From Candidatus Bathyarchaeia archaeon (GTDB lineage: Archaea > Thermoproteota > Bathyarchaeia > 40CM-2-53-6), in the NCBI GenBank assembly GCA_050013255.1, contig JBEKFP010000001.1, positions 896,001 to 960,000 on the forward strand: a DNA stretch of 64,000 bases, read 5' to 3'. Below the pieces are notes generated by a model that searched no databases, had not been told where the DNA came from, and saw only the letters and a program-made list of their open reading frames with translations. The translations under genes and the position numbers were made by a program. Position 1 is the first letter of the stretch. Each line of letters begins with the position of its first letter. This document shows positions 59,573-64,000 of this stretch, piece after piece.

Positions 59573-59717
59573 ACGTGCAGCGTGCTTCCTCGATCAAAGC
59601 AATTAGTTAACTCGTGAAAAATGGAGTTCGTTTTGAGCTAATTGACCCGGTGAAACGGGGCAGGGGTCCTCGTCCTTATACTTAGCAACCCACCTTAGGA
59701 CCACGAAGGACGTAGTG

Positions 59718-59849
59718 ATGATGACTCAAGGAAGATGCAAGAAATGCGGCTCCCCTGTCTACTCTATCGGATTACCCTCAGCCGAGGGTCTTTGCGTTAC
59801 ATGTGCCAGAGTAGAGGCCGCCAGGAAAATGAGTTTCAGCATTGAGTGA
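59718..59849 (+). CDS. Unannotated 43-aa C4 zinc-finger protein
   Basis: MMTQGRCKKCGSPVYSIGLPSAEGLCVTCARVEAARKMSFSIE; AAGGA upstream. Confidence 0.7.
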   Translation: MMTQGRCKKCGSPVYSIGLPSAEGLCVTCARVEAARKMSFSIE

Positions 59850-59876
59850 ACACGGCGTGTTTTGCAGTAAAAGTCT

Positions 59877-61004
59877 GTGTTGAATCTGAAAGCGCTTCTC
59901 GTAGAGTGCATCGTCCCTCGTACTAAACCTCGAATTGATGAAGTCAGCGACATAGCGAAAGCTGCGGGTTACAATGTGGTCGGCCAAGTTGTACAGCATC
60001 GTGACTTCGTGGATTCCGCATATTGCGTAGGCGAAGGAAAAATCGGGGAGATCGCCAAGACCGTAGCAAAAGATTCAATCGAGGCAGTAATCTTCACTCG
60101 ACAGCTTTCGGCGGGCCAAATATTCAGAATCAAGAAGAAACTCGGCGAAGCAACCCATGTTCTCGACAGAAACTTATTGGTTCTAGAAGTGTTCGAGAAA
60201 CGCACCGCCACACCAGAAGCAAAGCTGCAAATCGCATTAGCTAGGTTGCGGTACACGTTTTCCTGGGGCAGAGAATCCATTCGAATGCGCGGCATCATTA
60301 GCGAACAAATGGGACGGGGCGGCCCGGGCCGGTACCCATACGAAGCCTACGAGGCCATGTCGCGCAAACGAATAAGCAAGATCGAAGGCAAGCTCCGCGA
60401 TATGAGGTCAAGGAGCGGGCGCCTTCGCGAACAGCGAGGAAAGGCTGGTTTTCGAATCGTATCCTTAACAGGTTATACACAAAGCGGTAAGACTACGCTA
60501 TTCAACAGGCTCGCGTCAGAATCGAAGGACATTGGCTTGGGACCCTTTACGACGCTCTCCACATTTGCCCGAAAAGTCTCCCTGCACACAAAGGGAGACT
60601 CTGCTGATTCCTTCATCATGATTGATTCAATTGGGTTCATCGAGGACCTCAGCCCCCTGCTGCTAAGGGCCTTTCACACTTCATTGAATGAACTCGCAAA
60701 TTCGGACCTAATCCTCCTCTTCGTTGACGGCAGCGAGGAAATTGAAACAGTAGTCCGAAAGGTCACGGCATCGCATGAGGTAATGACTAAAGAAATCCAC
60801 GGCGTTCCCGTGCTGATCTGCATAAACAAAGTAGATCTAACTACACGTGAACACCTGGACAAGGTACTCGCGGAGACTCGCAAGGTATTCGAAAAGGATG
60901 AAATGCTGGAAATAAGTTCGAAGACAGGAGCTAACCTACAAACCCTCCTACAGAAGATTTCTGAGAAGCTAACGCCAGCGGTTCCAGTAACGTCGGTAGG
61001 ATGA
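59877..61004 (+). CDS. hflX: HflX GTPase
   Basis: EAKLQIALARL, GYTQSGKTT, FTTL, DSIGF, NKVD. Confidence 0.92.
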   Translation: MLNLKALLVECIVPRTKPRIDEVSDIAKAAGYNVVGQVVQHRDFVDSAYCVGEGKIGEIAKTVAKDSIEAVIFTRQLSAGQIFRIKKKLGEATHVLDRNLLVLEVFEKRTATPEAKLQIALARLRYTFSWGRESIRMRGIISEQMGRGGPGRYPYEAYEAMSRKRISKIEGKLRDMRSRSGRLREQRGKAGFRIVSLTGYTQSGKTTLFNRLASESKDIGLGPFTTLSTFARKVSLHTKGDSADSFIMIDSIGFIEDLSPLLLRAFHTSLNELANSDLILLFVDGSEEIETVVRKVTASHEVMTKEIHGVPVLICINKVDLTTREHLDKVLAETRKVFEKDEMLEISSKTGANLQTLLQKISEKLTPAVPVTSVG

Positions 61005-61064
61005 TGGGGAAACAAGTCGGAGGCAAACTCGTCTTACCTAGGACAGAGAATTCCCCATCCTAAA

Positions 61065-61865
61065 TTACGTTTGCAATCTCCCAAGAAAATCTAATAATTG
61101 TTTGTTGAATTCTTTGGAATTCTCCAAGTTGCTCATGTGCGCGGCGTGAGGGATCACATGAATTTCAGAGTTTGGAATTTTGTTGCGCATCTCTTGCGAA
61201 GCTGAAGGGGGAGTAAGCGCGTCATGTTCGCCCACAAGAATGAGCGTTGGAACCTTAATGCCTGACAGCGCCTCAGTTGTTTCTGTTCTACTCGCTAGAG
61301 CCAACAATGCTCCGCATATGCCGAGGGAAGAATTCGACTGAATTACCCTCCTAATCTTCTCAACCACAGCCTTGTTGTTGGCAAAGGTCTGTGGAGCGAA
61401 GACAGACTTAACGAAGCCCTCCGCGTAGGCCTTGACGCCGTTGGCTTTGACGGATTTGATTGCGGCCGCACGCTTTAACTTGGCTTCATTGGAATCCGCC
61501 TTAGCTTGCGTGTCAGCAAGAATCAAACCCCGAACCCGCCCAGGGTTTCTCTCAACGGTCCTTAGCGCAATGTATCCGCCCATCGATAAACCGCAAAGCA
61601 CTGCTGTCTCAATCTTCAGGTGGTCAAGCAGCGCGAGAAGGTCGTCTACAAAGAATTCAAGCGTATACTGACCATCGCCAACGCCGCTCTTACCATGCCC
61701 ACGAAGGTCGTAAGCGATAACTCGAAATCGTTTCTGCAGGGCTTCAATTTGCGGATCCCACATTTCATGACTGAAAGGAAAACCGTGAATGAGAACAATA
61801 GGCGTAGCCTTAGAGACACCTACATCAACGTAGAAAATCTCACCGCCGTTTACAACCGCTTTCAT
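61065..61865 (-). CDS. Alpha/beta hydrolase (enol-lactonase-like)
   Basis: HGFP, DLRGHG, GLSMGG, GEHD, AHMSN. Confidence 0.9.
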   Translation of the reverse strand: MKAVVNGGEIFYVDVGVSKATPIVLIHGFPFSHEMWDPQIEALQKRFRVIAYDLRGHGKSGVGDGQYTLEFFVDDLLALLDHLKIETAVLCGLSMGGYIALRTVERNPGRVRGLILADTQAKADSNEAKLKRAAAIKSVKANGVKAYAEGFVKSVFAPQTFANNKAVVEKIRRVIQSNSSLGICGALLALASRTETTEALSGIKVPTLILVGEHDALTPPSASQEMRNKIPNSEIHVIPHAAHMSNLENSKEFNKQLLDFLGRLQT

Positions 61866-62078
61866 TTAGCCTCTACACATCGTGTCCCATATCTCTCAAA
61901 AGCCGCTCTGTTTTGAAGCCTTGGGTTGGACGCTGGTTCGACGGGTTCAATGTTACAGCTACTGCGGAGGCTGCTGTCGAGAGAAGGATAATGAGCAACA
62001 ATCAGGCGGTATCACAATTAGAAAATCGACGTTTAGATTATTATCAGTCGCTGAGAAAGTTAGTTCGGTTTCCACTCG

Positions 62079-63161
62079 TTGCTCAGGGTCATAATGCACA
62101 TCGATATGGATGCGTTCTACTCATCCGTTGAGCAGCGCGAGAACCCAGGCTTGCGCGGTAAGCCAGTCATAGTGGGCGCAGACCCGAAAGGGAGAAAAGG
62201 CAGGGGCGTCGTCGCCGGCTGCTCATACGAAGCCCGAAAGTTCGGCGTACACTCCGCCCAACCCATCTCCATTACCTACCGGCTATGCCCAAACGGCGTC
62301 TACCTCAGGCCAAACTTCACCCTCTACGAACAGGTCTCAGAGCAAGTCATGCAACTGCTAAAACAGTTCACGCAGAAACTTGAACCTATGAGCATCGACG
62401 AAGCATTCATGGATGTTTCAGAAAAAGTCACGACCTTCGAAGAAGCGGCTGCGTTAGCTAGGCGAATAAAGGATGAAGTGAAGGGGAAAGCTCAGCTCAC
62501 TTGTTCAGTGGGCGTCGCATCAAACAAATCAATCGCCAAAATCGCCTCGGACTTCAAGAAACCAGACGGCCTAACCATAGTTCCACCAGAGAAAGTACGC
62601 GAATTTCTATCTCCGTTACCTGCAGGAAAGATTAGCGGGGTCGGTAAGAAGAGTTCTGAGATTCTTGAGGGGATGAGTATCAAAACGATTGGGGACCTAG
62701 CCGCAACCTATCCCGGCAAGTTGGTTGAGGTCTTCGGTAAGTACGGGACGCGCCTTTGGCAGGTGGCCAACGGCGTAGACGACGAAGAAGTAATCACATC
62801 TTACCCAATCAAATCCATCAGCTCCGAAACCACCTTCGAAGAAGACGTAGCCGACCGGGGAAAGGTAATGGAAGCGTTTGCTTCTCTGATCGATGAAGTC
62901 CACGCTCGGGTCCTGTCCCAGAAGATGCTTTTCCGCACCGTCGGCATCAAGGTACGCCTCGAAGACTTCACAACCTTCACTAGAGCAAGAACCCACACAA
63001 GGTACACCGACGACAAAGCCGTCATCCTAGAATATGTAAGGAAACTCTTCCGCGAATTCGAGAACAATCCAGAGAAAATTCGTCTGGTGGGCGTTCGGGC
63101 AGCCAACCTAAGAAAGGTTGACTTGGAGCAAGAAACAATTCTAAACTGGGCAACACGCTAA
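62079..63161 (+). CDS. dinB: DNA polymerase IV (Y family)
   Basis: HIDMDAFY, SYEAR, SIDEAF, KPDG; C-terminal QETILNW. Confidence 0.95.
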   Translation: MLRVIMHIDMDAFYSSVEQRENPGLRGKPVIVGADPKGRKGRGVVAGCSYEARKFGVHSAQPISITYRLCPNGVYLRPNFTLYEQVSEQVMQLLKQFTQKLEPMSIDEAFMDVSEKVTTFEEAAALARRIKDEVKGKAQLTCSVGVASNKSIAKIASDFKKPDGLTIVPPEKVREFLSPLPAGKISGVGKKSSEILEGMSIKTIGDLAATYPGKLVEVFGKYGTRLWQVANGVDDEEVITSYPIKSISSETTFEEDVADRGKVMEAFASLIDEVHARVLSQKMLFRTVGIKVRLEDFTTFTRARTHTRYTDDKAVILEYVRKLFREFENNPEKIRLVGVRAANLRKVDLEQETILNWATR

Positions 63162-63186
63162 CTATTGACAGCTGTTCCCGCTTCTA

Positions 63187-64000
63187 CTATCCTCCAGTTT
63201 CTTGCGCCCTAAATGGTCTGTTCATGCCGCGAATCAGCCTGCCTGCTACGTACAGGCAATAAGCCCCAAAGATAGCGGCTAACCAAGGAAGAAACGGTGC
63301 CCCGAACCCCAAGAACGGTGCTGAATCAATTACAACAACGGGGTAAACAAATGACGTTAATGGAACATGGAACACAATGAAAATCAGGACGATAATCGAG
63401 CCGAGAAAATACGCACCGTATTCGCGCAGTTTGAAGCCTTTCGAAACGCCTGAAAAGACCATGAGCACGAGCAAAGTCTCGACGCTCTGCTCGCTCAACC
63501 AAGGAGTAAGCAGCATATAGATGGCGAAGGTTAAGAGAAGGCTGTCGAAGAAATCGCTGATCTTAGAAAACCTTCCTCGAAAATAAAGGAACAGCACACA
63601 GCCAGCGACCCCAGGTAACCAAAGTAGTCTGACCAGAATGCTGTCGTAAATGTTCGAAACTGAAAACGGGCCTATCTGTGTCACACCGATCGCTGGAAGA
63701 AGGGAGAGTATACCTATGGGGGCAACCCCCCCGGGGCTCCTTGCGACTTGGGCAATGAGTACGATCAGAAGGCCGCCCAAGTCCCAACGAAAGATCAGAA
63801 ACGGAAAAATGACCACAAGGAATACGGCAGCAATCCCCGCAAGGAAGCGAAGGGTCTGTTCAATTCGATCTTTCTTGATTAGGTAAATCAGGCAAACCGG
63901 TAGGAAAAGGACTGGATACAGTTTCAGGGTGATGCTCAGTCCCAGAAGTATTCCAGCCCACGCATATTGTCTCCGCCTAAGCGCGACCACAACCAGAACA
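63187..64000 (-). CDS. GT-C (GT87-like) membrane glycosyltransferase, 5' end outside the window
   Basis: LGLSITLKLYP motif, multiple TM helices. Confidence 0.65.
   Translation of the reverse strand, partial: VLVVVALRRRQYAWAGILLGLSITLKLYPVLFLPVCLIYLIKKDRIEQTLRFLAGIAAVFLVVIFPFLIFRWDLGGLLIVLIAQVARSPGGVAPIGILSLLPAIGVTQIGPFSVSNIYDSILVRLLWLPGVAGCVLFLYFRGRFSKISDFFDSLLLTFAIYMLLTPWLSEQSVETLLVLMVFSGVSKGFKLREYGAYFLGSIIVLIFIVFHVPLTSFVYPVVVIDSAPFLGFGAPFLPWLAAIFGAYCLYVAGRLIRGMNRPFRAQETGG

Noticed and set aside
61882-62131. Short ORFs upstream of dinB
   Set aside because: They have no motif support and overlap the divergent promoter region and the dinB start.
2586-63886. Many antisense or alternate-frame ORFs in the track (e.g. 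10925..11488, 13944..14513, 36814..37398)
   Set aside because: They are shadows of well-supported genes and carry no recognisable motifs.
1-64000. CRISPR array, rRNA, tRNA, IS or integrase
   Set aside because: By eye I saw no regularly spaced repeats, cloverleaf or transposase/integrase motifs. A scan with tRNAscan-SE and a CRISPR finder would be definitive.

Overview
This is an archaeal chromosomal window, roughly 50% GC by eye. The domain assignment rests on rpl37e, an Sm/LSm protein, proteasome beta, aCPSF1/FttA, multi-OB RPA, Lhr, archaeal SepF and a eukaryote-like topoisomerase IB. The gene set and the many TTG starts suggest a TACK archaeon, probably Bathyarchaeia (inference). Most of the window is housekeeping or metabolic: LutC/LutB, two-subunit fumarate hydratase, TrpB2, aldehyde dehydrogenase, HflX and DinB. 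A decaying accessory stretch at about 52.1-59.3 kb holds one intact AbrB-PIN pair, several toxin-antitoxin remnants and a 1239-aa surface protein that has lost its anchor. I found no CRISPR array, rRNA, tRNA or transposase. The best leads are: (1) an uncharacterised locus at 47.8-52.1 kb with an APC permease, a metallophosphoesterase, a PsbP-like protein and a Pol-beta-type nucleotidyltransferase, plus an unannotated remnant of a second phosphoesterase copy just upstream of the nucleotidyltransferase; (2) a tandem pair of membrane-anchored ClpP-class proteases, one intact and one catalytically dead; (3) an orphan arcadin-1-like gene; (4) a GT4-PH-membrane fusion divergent from a trehalose-phosphatase-like HAD; (5) two candidate structured RNAs. 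All family calls come from motif recognition; no database search was run.
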